From the human T2T-CHM13v2.0 reference genome, Homo sapiens, in assembly GCF_009914755.1 (NCBI RefSeq), contig NC_060932.1: a stretch of 64,000 nt of DNA; one strand, given 5' to 3'. The translations under genes and the position numbers were made by a program. Positions 41,373 to 52,850 of this stretch are shown one piece after another. Every line of letters starts with the position of its first letter. Within the stretch, counting starts at the first letter, position 1. Below the pieces are notes generated by a model that had not been told where the DNA came from, searched no databases, and worked only from the letters and a program-made list of their open reading frames with translations.

Positions 41373-41900
41373 TTTGGTAGGCAGAAGAATGCCCACCCTC
41401 TCCTCCAAACACACCCACGTCCTGGTCTTCTCCAGATCGTGTGAATATGTTAACTTACGTGGCAAAGGGGAATTAGGGTTGAAGATGGAATTAAGGTTGC
41501 TAATGAGATGACATTTAAATGGAGAATTATCCTGGTGTGTTTCTTAGTGACCAAAGTAATCACAAGGGTCCTTAAAAATGAAAGGGAAGCAGAAAAGAGA
41601 CTGGAATGATTTGATGTGAGAAGGAATTAGACCGCCATTGCAGGCTTTCAAAATGGAATGGGACCAAAAGCCAAGGCATGTGGGTGGTCTCTAGCAGCTT
41701 CTGGAAAAGATTTAAAAATAAAAATTAAAAAAAAAAGGTTCTCCCCTAGACATCCAGAAAGGAATAAAACTTTGTTGATAATGTTAGTTCAGTGAGACCT
41801 GTGTCAGACTTCGGACTTTAAAAACTGTAATAAATGTGTGTTGTTTTAATTTACTAGGGTTTCTAGTAATTTGTTATAGCAGCAATAGAAAACTAGTACA
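41373..41900 (+). mobile_element. MLT1D-like solo LTR
   Basis: tggtaggcagaagaatg...gtgaatatgttaacttacgtggcaaagggg...ttgttatagcagcaatagaaaactagtaca; TSD ctaga/ccaga. Confidence 0.85.
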
Positions 41901-41924
41901 CCAGAAAAGAAAACAGAAGACCAA

Positions 41925-42230
41925 TGCTGACAAATCATTCCAACCTTTGGAGCTTCACTTTCCTAATCAACAAATTGGGGATAAGCATCCCTTATCTACT
42001 TATCTCCTAGGGCCATTTATGAGCATTAAAAGCTATAAGGCCTGTGCTTGAATCTAAGACTCAGCACTTATTCACGGTGTGTTTTTGGCAAGTGACTTAA
42101 ACTCTGTGCCTCAGTTTTCTTGTCTGTAAAATAGGGATACGAATAGCATTGGGATCCAGGGAGTTAATCCGTGTAAAGTGCTTAAAACAGCATGTGGCAC
42201 AATGTTTTGCATGTGTTAGCTACTATTACA
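41925..42230 (+). mobile_element. Two adjacent MIR fragments
   Basis: acaaatcattccaacctttggagcttcactttcc; ggcaagtgacttaaactctgtgcctcagttttcttgtctgtaaaataggg. Confidence 0.7.
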
Positions 42231-43979
42231 TTCGAAAAAGAGTTTGCAAAAGGTTAGGCACTACAAAGTGACGAGGCAGAATTAGCATTCTTACAGGACA
42301 CCAGTTCTCAAGAAGGTGGGGGGGTCCACACCTCCCTCCAGAATGGCAGTTCAGAAATTTATGAAGGCTTTTTAGCAACGAAGTGCAGAAGGGGTGTCAC
42401 ACTGCTGGCATTTAGTGAAGGAAGCCAGGGAACCTGGAGATCCTGGAACACCTGGGGTAGTCCTTCACAGTGAAAGGCTTGTCTAGCTCCTAAATGTAAA
42501 TGATGCCACACAGCCCTACTCATCTTCATGTGCAGCCGTGCATTGGTAGTGATTTAACATAAAGGTGCGAGCATCTAACTCTTTCATTATGACCTCTGGT
42601 GTAGTTGTGTCCATGCATTTATCTATTGAAACATGGTTTTTGTTTTAACAATTTATTTTATTTCTCCTTTATATTACTACTAGGGCGTTCTATTGATGTT
42701 TAAACTTAAAGTAGAGTTAGGCTATGTTATTTGTGAAATTCACTTTACAATAATAAAAGGGGTGTTAAAATTTTGTTATTAGTGATGTGCACTGGGTCTG
42801 AGTTTATAGGATTTAAGACAGAATAAGGTTAGAGATGGCTTAACCCAGCTCCCTATGCTTTCCAGTAAAGAAAACTAAGCCCTAAAAAGATGAAATTTCT
42901 TGTAAAAGTGAAACTAGTAGAAGATAAAAACCTAGGTTTCAAGACTTGAATCCCAGGGTATTGGGTATTCTTCAAGAATCTGTACATCCTAAATAAAATA
43001 AGATTCCTTAAAATTCAAATTTTCTTCCAATCCTGATATTTTATTCCAGAAAATCACTGCCCCTCCCTTGCTCCCATCTTCCTCCTCGATCATTCCCACT
43101 TCCACCCTTGGAGAAAGTGATTGTGACAGCGAGGTTCCAGACCATCTCAGGCAAACATTCCAGGGGAGCACTGCTGAAGGGGAAGCTCTAACGGACAGGG
43201 TTAATGTCAACAACTGTCCTTGACTTTCTTCTTTGAGTTTCCACTGTTTCCAGTTCAGTTCCATAGGAGACCTTTGGGATCAAAGGATTATTCAGTGCAC
43301 TCCACCTCCATACTCCAACATGAGTCTTCCAGAAGATTCTGACTCCTTGATCTCAACAAAGTTATGGATAAATTAATTTCCTTGTAGCTTCAGTTACAAA
43401 AAAGTCGACCTATTTCAAATTACTATTTTACTATCAATCCAAGAGCAAAAAACTCCTCTGTCCCCCCTGACCTGGAGCTGCCAAGGACGTTTGTGCAGGT
43501 GCACTGTGCCCAGCTCCAGAGGGTGCGATTGACACTATGGTCTATGTGAATGCTGTTGCTGGAATTACAGGTCCAATACCTGCATGGCTGGATGCGCAGT
43601 CCCTGCCCCTACTCCTTAAAATGAGAAATGAGCTTGTGATGTGAAGATTCCTGATCTTAACTTTAATGAAAATTGTCTAAACACCGGCTTAACTGGCAGA
43701 GTTTATTCACGATATAAGTTTGGATTACATTTAGTCTCCTTGCTGGCCATGTGTTTAACCATGGTAGGGCTCGGCCATGTTACAGCAGCTTCGTTTTGAC
43801 AGCAGACATTTAGTGCATTAGGTTTTTAAGACTCACTCCTCCTTCCCGTCCCTCCCTTTTGAGTGGCCCACACAATTGCTGTTTCCTGCTGATTTGTCCC
43901 CAGCACTTCAGGAGTGGGGCAGAAGAATGCTTTGAACCCAATAACTCCAACCAGTTCAAGTACACAGTTCCAAGTGGAA

Positions 43980-44535
<556 letters not shown>

Positions 44536-47434
44536 TGATTCTCTTTCTCCAGGTTCTGTTTAACTCCTCTGGTCTCACAGGAATGGTCTCCCAGCATTAC
44601 ACCATAGTACAAAAAAAGTGTTATAAAAATGAGAAATATAAACTCCAGTAAAGGAAAAAGATAGAACTGTCCTTGAGAAGGGATAGTTTCATGTTCATTT
44701 CATTTGAATTGTAAAACTAACTACTTCCAGCGGATATTTGATATACGCCTTTCATTCTCATTGTGTTCTTCCATACAGCAGCCCAGTAAAGTAAGCAGGT
44801 CCAGCAGATTTCCTTATTCCCATCTCGCGGATGAAGACACTGAGACTCAGGGAGGTTATGTTAATTCTGTGGCGGAATCTATGCCTAGAATGCAGGCATT
44901 GAAACTTTTCCAGGGTTTCACTTTACAGGGTGTTCCACTTGTAGAGGTAGTAACTCTCCACCAGGGGGCGCATGTCATGCGGTGGGGTGCATACAGGCGG
45001 TGGTTGGAGTACTAAACTAATCTCCATTTACTCCCCCAATAAACAAACAAAAAGGAATCTAGGTTTTTTTTAAAAAAAGGGTGCACTTGCTATATAAATG
45101 TACCTTTAAAACATCTCCCTTTGCCCTGCCATACAACCAGATTACATTTTCAAAGCCTCTCCTATGTAGAAACTCTGGAATCCACACTGCATTTCAGAAT
45201 ACGAAGAAGTAGGTATGTCTTCTTAAAAAGCCCTTGAGGTGATCCTAATAAGCCCCCTCAAATGGGAATCCCTGTATTAGACTAAGCTACAAAAGAGAGG
45301 ATTGTGATATTTGACTTGATGGTATTTGATGACTACCATTGCATTGAGAATGAACACTTTGGCTCAGAATAAGAGACGCTGTTTTGAGCAGGGCCTCCGC
45401 TTCTCTCATTAGCAGCTGATTTTGAAAAACTTGGGCTGAGGATAAGGCTGCTACACTGAGCCAAAAAGGTTCATATCTCAGAGACCCACAGGGTTTCTCC
45501 AGAGGTCCTGCCTGTGACAAACCACAAAGTGTTCTAAGAATGTCATATTAGAGGTTTTTACAAAACTCACTTTTCAGTTTCTGTTTCAAGAAAGTCACAT
45601 AACTGCTTGATTTTTTTTCTTTCTCTAAGTTTATTTTCAATTGCAGAGAAATTTCTTCCTCTTTTTGGGTGAGAGATATTTTTTACCTCTTTGCCAAGTC
45701 ATTATTCATTAAAAGAGGAAGAAAAGAAGGGACATTATAAAGTATGGTACCTAAAATAAAATGACCCGCCTTCCGCCCCACCCCAACCCCTCCTCCAGTA
45801 TTTACAGTAAGTATTGCAAACCGAGCAGGTGCCCAACAGTTTATAGTCCAAATAACACTTGCCCCAGATCCCACCTGCCCCTTGTCACACAAACCAACAC
45901 ACACTTGAGTCAAGCAAACTTTTTTTCTGTTATGTTAATCATCAAGCCAAAGCAAACAGCTTTCCACTTTCTGGGTCCAGGGTGGCAATTGACTATGAAG
46001 ACATCGCAAATCCTCTAGACAAACAAGGTTGGTGGGGGAGGATTTCTCTGCATTGTGGGCCAGGAGGTGGACCGTGACATACCAGGGAGTTGCATCAGCT
46101 GTCACACACTAGTGATGCTGGCACCCTTACTTTAAACTTTCTCAGTTTCACACACTAGTGCCACGACTCGGTAAGCAGGAAATTGACTTAAGTCCTTAGT
46201 TTAGGGCTTAAATCAATCACCATATTACAAGGTCTCAGCTGAAACAGTCTATTTCAATAGCTACGGGCTCATTTATTCATTTACTCAGCATGCATGTCAT
46301 GGAGCAACTAAGCTCAAGAGAGACTCACCACTAAATAAAAGACTCCAGATACCGCAATCTACAGCTAGGCTAGGCTGAGTAAATAGATAAAATAATTACA
46401 CGTTATTAGTGCTGACAGAGGTATGTACACAGCACTAAAGAGAAGAGAAACAAGTGAGAAATGCAGCTGTAGGCAGACAGGAGAATTCAGTTTACTACCA
46501 TATGCCCTTCTCCCCCACATAACTCAACATAGCCATGAACAGTGCAAAACGGTGGTTCCTATTCTATTCACATTCAACAATGAGGGGACTGGGGACATCA
46601 GATCTCAAGAGAGAGAGTAGTTTCTAGGCTCTTCGCACGCAGGGGAAACTGTTTACAAATGCAAAGTTGTTTCCACACCACTCAGAAAGGGCTCCAGAAA
46701 ACGCAGACAGAAAAATCACTTCACCAGCTCTCAACCCAGAGGAACCTGGAATCCAGACTGACCGGCCAGATGCCCGGCAGGGAGAGCGAATTTTTCCCAA
46801 AACTGCAACATATTCCCCGGCCCCTGACATAACTCTCCAGGCATAACCCTAGTCCCCCATTTGCAGGGGGAACGTCCAGAAGGATAGTCGGAGTTTTAGC
46901 ATTCACAATATTGCCACCTCTCTCTCACCCCTTTATGAGTCAACCCTCTTCTGCTGGGCTGCCCAGGCTTTGGAGTGGGAAATTTTGCCAAAGCGGAAAA
47001 CTATGAGTTGCAATTACGCAGTAGCCCTGCTTGGCAACGTTGGATGTAGGAATATTCTAAGTTCACCCTTCATTCTCAATTCCATATCCCAGTCCCTACA
47101 CTCTACCAGGATTATCCGCAGATAAAAATGAAACAACGTATACTAAGCAGGCAATCCGGCTGGGAAACCCTGCTAGCCTCGCTTTTCCATACACCCCTCC
47201 TGGATTAAAGCCTGGAAAGACTGCGGGCTGGAGACAAATTGCCCCCAGGGTGGGTAAAAGTTGACAAAACTCTATGCTGCCACCCCCTGCGCCACCCTTC
47301 CCCCCCCCCCAACACACACACACCCGGCCCCCTGGGGTGTGTCCGCATGTGGCCGAGTGAGTGTGAGTGTGAGCGTGCGGGTGGGAAGCCGAGCAGGTGT
47401 GTGCGCGCCCGGCGCGGCCCGCGCGCTGTTAACC

Positions 47435-47443
47435 CCTTACCTT
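47435..47443 (-). other. SNTB1: 5' splice donor of the SNTB1 first coding exon (AAG|GTAAGG)
   Basis: Plus strand ccttac|ctt at 47435-47443. PDZ homology stops exactly here. Confidence 0.93.
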
Positions 47444-48011
47444 CCAGCAGCACTTCCTTGCCCGCGCGCTTCAACGCCTGCACCGCCTCGTCGTGGGTGG
47501 CGTCCCGCAGGTCGGCTCCGTTCACGGACAGGATGGCGTCGCCCACGTACAGGGCTTGGGTCTGGTCCGCCGCCAGCCCCTTGAAGATCTTGCTGATGAG
47601 GATGGGCATCTTGTTCTCCTTGCCCCCCTTGATGCTGATCCCCAGCCCGCCCAGCTCCTGCTTCAGCACCTTCACGCCACGCTTCTGGTTCGAGATGGAC
47701 TCGGGCACCTGCTCGGGCAGGTCGGTGAAAGCGGTGCGGACCCCGGCGGGCGAGTCCGGGGGCTGCGCGCCGCCCGCGCCCGGGTGCCCAGCCCCGGCGC
47801 CCCTGCAGAACGAGCCATTGGTGGCGGTCCCGATGCCGTTGTACGCCGCAGCGCCCTCCTCGCTGCTCAGAACCAGGGCGTCCTCGCTCAAGTTCACCAG
47901 AACTTTGTGCCAGCGATCCCGCACCAAAACTTCCAGCAGCCCGCTCCGCTGCGCCCGGCCGCCTCCCGCGCCAGCCGGCCCAGCCGCCGCCGCCGCCGCC
48001 GCTACCGCCAT
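47441..48011 (-). CDS. SNTB1: Beta-1-syntrophin, first coding exon (aa 1-190 plus 1 nt; N-terminal split-PH half and PDZ domain)
   Basis: Translation [48 protein letters not shown]...[81 protein letters not shown] is a syntrophin PDZ with the GLGI loop and the beta-1 N-terminus. Start context aagATGG. The exon ends at GAAG|gtaagg (571 nt, phase 1). Confidence 0.97.
47982..48002 (-). repeat. (GCG)6GCT trinucleotide run encoding poly-Ala7
   Basis: Plus strand gccgccgccgccgccgccgc; translation AAAAAAA at residues 4-10. Confidence 0.9.
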
Positions 48012-48237
48012 CTTTCCGGCATTCTTAAAATGCCATGTGATTGGAAAAGGGGGGAAAAGTGGGGAAGGGTGGCCGGGGGGAGGACGCGGGGCCCGGGGGA
48101 GCGAGGAGAGTGCGTCCCGCGGGGAGGTGGCGGCACGCGGGACTCCGCTCCGGGAGTTCGCAGACGCACTCGGCGGGAGTTGGCAGCTGCACTCAGGCTG
48201 GTTCCCCCTCGCCTGATCCTGACCGGGGTGGAGCAAC

Positions 48238-48290
48238 CTAAAAGAAGAAGGAGAGACCGAGACAGGGGAGGGGAAAAAAGCCAGCAGCCA
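48238..48290 (-). other. Strong 3' splice acceptor upstream of the SNTB1 ATG
   Basis: Minus strand reads cttttttcccctcccctgtctcggtctctccttcttcttttag|gttgc: ~50 nt of polypyrimidine followed by TAG|G. Confidence 0.6.
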
Positions 48291-50369
48291 GTTGCAAAAC
48301 CCCAAAGCAAGGGGAGCCGCGGAGCAGCTCAGCGCTGGAGAGAGTCCGTGGGAGGAGGCACGCTGGCGGTGAAGGGCGGGGACCCACAACCCAGCGGCCG
48401 CTCACCTGTTCCAGCCGCCGCAGCCTCGGCGGTCACACGCCACCCGCCCGCCCAGACCTCCCCTCCTCTGTCCCCAGAGCGCACGACGCCGCGGGGACAG
48501 CTTCCCGAGCGCCTTCCCCGTCCCGCTTCTCTCCAGCCCACCGCAGCCCCCTTTCTTCCCAGCTCCCCCACTCCGTGGGCGCCCACACTGCACCTTCGCC
48601 GGGTGCGTGCGTCCCGCCTCGGTGCCCTCACTCGGTCCTCCTGAGCCGACTTCCCTTTCATACCCAGCCCGTAGAATTGTCCCTGGGTCTTAACAACTCA
48701 TTTGTAACTGATCCAGGTCTCCTCCCTCTGCTTCCTCAAACCCAGGCTTCGCTGCCTCTGCGGAGTTCTTACCTGTCTCTCCTTTCCACCCGGGTTCCCT
48801 GGAGGAAGCTAAACTCAGACCAAGGCCCTGGGCTCCCCAGGAGTTAAAAGGGAATACGCTGTCCCAAGATTCTAGAATGAAGAGTCAACGTAGCCCGAGT
48901 GGCTTAAACCTCCTGTCCTTAAATGCAAGAAATGTTTTCTATCGAGCCCTGGACAGGTGTCTCTGCTGGCCTGGGGTTTTCAACAGGTCATGCCTGCCTC
49001 AGACCCCAGGGACAAATGTTCTTCCAGCTCTAACTCATTCTATGCTTTAAGCTTTTGACCTATCTTTGTTTTCCCAGTGCCACACCAAATGCTGCCTGGG
49101 GATCTCTCTTTCTTCCTGAGTTCCCATATAAGAAGCCCCCCATTTAAGAATTCAGTTGGAATGGGTTGTATTTCAAAAGTTGCTTTGCAAGTTAGTTATT
49201 TGGATTTCAAGCTGCATTTTTCCAGGGTAACAATATTATAATGATTGTTTACCTTCCCAGAGCAATCCAGAAATGCCCACATAACCCATGTCACACCTGA
49301 ACCACCCTGAGTTCTTCTATCCTTGAACCTCTCAAGCTTTCCCCTAACTCTAAGCAGGTCTCATGGTCCACTCAAGGTGTTTCATGCTTCTCAGTTACGT
49401 CCCCTTCCCACTGCTGTCTACCCTCTCTCCAAACACAACACAAAACAAACCCACAACAGTTCTGTTAATTCCTGAAGTATACCCAACCCAGCAAGGTGTT
49501 GAGAGGAAATAAATCTTATTGAACACATTCCCATTGATGTGTATCATCGTTGAAAGTTCTCTAAGTCTTTTAGAATGACTCACACTTTTAATCAAGGAGG
49601 CTTAAAGGCTCAGATGACTCCCTAAAGAGCGGAGTCCCAGCCAGGTCAAGGAATGAAATGAAAACATTTGGACATTTTCTTGAGAAGGCGGAGTCACTGC
49701 AGGTGAGAGGGTGCCCTGGGTTAATGCTTCTGCTTGTAGCTCTCCCTTTTCGTATATTTTTAACTCACCCATTTTCCAAAAACTCTTTACTCTTTCATGC
49801 AAAGATGGCCAGAGCAGGGATGGCAGTCTCAGGGGCTCTCCAGCCCTTTGTGATGTGCAGAATCAGACAAGGAGCTAATATAGATGGTACCACCATCCAC
49901 TCTCAGGATGGAAAAGCAGCTGAGGCTGGCCCCTTGCTTTAGAGACTGAGGACTCACGTGCATCATTCTTCAGTGAAACCAGAGCCTGAGTATCTGCGTT
50001 GAAATCCAGATACACTAAGGTTGAGATAGGCACCAGAGTGCCAGTGTGAAGATTTACAAATCAAAACAGATCCACTCCTGGAACAGAAATCCTGCATCAA
50101 CATCATGCCTGCATCTTGCCTCTGTGGACAAGCAATGTGGGAGGCCCAGGCACAACCACAGATTATGTATCGATTTGCCATAAGAAATTGTAGGCTCTGG
50201 GATGAGAATTTCTCAGAATCTCTGTGATAAGCACATTTTTTTTCTATGTAAGCAAACCTACATGGGAAGGAGTATGTTGCTTTTTGAAAGTTGCATCGGA
50301 ATGAGAGGAGACAATTATTCAGCCTGAGGCATGTATGTTAGCCAGAGATGGCTTTGCCACTGGAATCAT

Positions 50370-50570
50370 AATTACAGCCCCTATTCTAAATGCTTTACAC
50401 ATATTAACTTAATCCTCCCAGCAATTCTTGAGGATATTTACTATTACCGTCATTCCCATTTCACAGGTGAAGAAGGGGACTAAGTTAATAAGTTGCCCCT
50501 GTCATGTAATTAGTAAATGGCAGAGTCAGGATTTAAAGCCAGCTGTGAGAGTCTAGACTCTAAACTGTTG
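50370..50570 (-). mobile_element. MIR
   Basis: tgctttacacatattaacttaatcctcccagcaa...cccatttcacaggtgaagaa...ggcagagtcaggattt. Confidence 0.75.
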
Positions 50571-50874
50571 CTCTTACACTCTTGAAAATCCTCAAAGCCT
50601 GTTAGCTACAGCCCCTGTGTTCATCTGCACACTGAAGCCAGCCTTTCCACTGGGAGGGAGACACTGAGGAGGAAGGCCCTTCCCCTAGACCATATGGAGA
50701 AGGGTGGAACCAGCTGATGCCTCTGGCCTTTCCTTCTTTCCAAGGTTGGAGAACACCCTGCCCTCCCCAAGTCGACACATTTTTTTTCTATAGACATGTT
50801 AACAAGTTGAAACTGGTGACTTATGGTCTTATTATACTTCGCCTGTCTTTTTTTTTTTTTTTTTAAAAACTTAT

Positions 50875-51357
<483 letters not shown>

Positions 51358-51949
51358 CATCTCAGACAACTCCACATATCTGGCCTCTGATTGTTAATGC
51401 TGACTCTCAAAGGCGTACCTTATTGACCTCATTTTTCAGTTCAGTAAGGCTGGGACAACTGCACTGCAGCCCCATACTGTGTATAATTAGGAAAGCATGT
51501 ACTCTCTTAGGTGTCCCCTTTCAGAGAATGGTCACTGGAATGGTCTGAAGCGACCTCCAGCTTGCTTACTCATAGATGTGGCATTTGAAGCTCAGAGCAG
51601 AGCAAGGAAGGATTCAAGGCCACACTGTAAGTTTGTGTCAAAGCTGAGTCTAGGAACAGTCCAACTTCAGGATTCAGGAAATTATACCTAAAGCCCCCTT
51701 TTTACCAGATTTCTTTCACTGAGCTCTCTTTCCCCTGTTCTGTATCCTCTTCCAGTCCTAACTCTGACTTCCATTTCCCACCCAGCCCAAACTGGGATCC
51801 TTCTGTTGCTCTTTCCCATGAGATAGCATTTTCCTACAGATATTTGGATGGATTTAGCCTTGTAAGAGTAGGTCACACAATCTTCAGCCGCACAGTAGCC
51901 ACAGATACATAACAGAACAGTATCATGTGGGGAAAGAACCATCTTCTGT

Positions 51950-52850
51950 TTATTCCATAAAATTTTGTTGTGCCCCTACCATGTCCCAGGCACTCTTCTT
52001 GGTGCTGGGATACGGGAGTGGACAAACCAGCAAAGACTCTCTCTGTGAAGCTTGCATTGTAGGGTAGGGTGGAAGTGGAGATGGACTATAAGCACATCAG
52101 ATACTTTCATGTAGAAGTAAATGCTAGGAAGAAAAAACAGTCATAAAATTGAGAGCTGCTGAGGACCAGGGGCTACTGGAGATGTTGGCTATTAAGGAAA
52201 GCCTTTGTGAAAAGGTGACATTTAGACTGAGACATGAATAATAAGAGGCAAGCCTTGTAAAGAGCTAGGAAAGAGGGTCCCAGGGAGAAGGAAAATCCAG
52301 TGCAAAGCACCCGAGACAGAACCAAGCTGGTCTGATTCAAAAGACCCAAAGGAGGTCAATGTGGCTGGGGCAGCCCATGGGAGGAAAAAAGAGGTAAGAG
52401 AGGAGATCAGAGAGATAGGTTTGACCAGGCCACAGCTTGAGGCCTTGGAGGATCATAACACAGACCATCTTCCTTGTCCTCTTTGAGTTTCAACAACCAT
52501 ATGTTTTGGGTTTTGAAGAACAGTGCTGTTTTCAAAAATTACTTTCAATTACCTGCTAAGTAAATTTCTACTGATTAGAATATGTGCTCCAATATTTCAG
52601 TTTGGAAAATATGATCACTGTGCTTTTGATAGTGTTTTGTGAATAACAGATTGAGCATCTTTAAGGGGATTTTTCCAGTGCATATAGAATGGAGAGTGGA
52701 TACAGTGTGAATACTGGAGAAGAGGAAATGGAGAGCTCTTTGATATCTATGGGTATGTTAGAGACCAGAATGAAAGCGGAGCAGGAGGGGTTCTTGAGAT
52801 GCAAAACTCCCAAGATGAGGCCTGCCTATTTAAACAGGTATCAACCAACA
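51950..52850 (-). mobile_element. L2 3' region
   Basis: cctaccatgtcccaggcactcttcttggtgctggggata...aggtgacatttagactgagacatgaa...cagtgcaaagcaccc. Confidence 0.7.

Larger units (their letters stand above)
47280..48650. promoter_or_regulatory. CpG island / SNTB1 promoter and 5' UTR
   Basis: Abrupt switch to very GC- and CpG-rich sequence spanning the exon and ~600 bp upstream. GC boxes, e.g. gggcggg at ~48374 and cccgccc at ~48443. Confidence 0.92.

Noticed and set aside
47205-48389. 394-aa ORF taken as a single-exon gene
   Set aside because: Only residues 127-316 match syntrophin. The flanks are 5' UTR and intron beyond a canonical donor.
47239-48644. Long plus-strand ORFs of 325 aa (47239-48216) and 383 aa (47493-48644)
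   Set aside because: Antisense shadows of the GC-rich SNTB1 exon and CpG island. They have non-ATG starts, low-complexity Pro/Ala/Arg/Gly composition and no recognisable domain.
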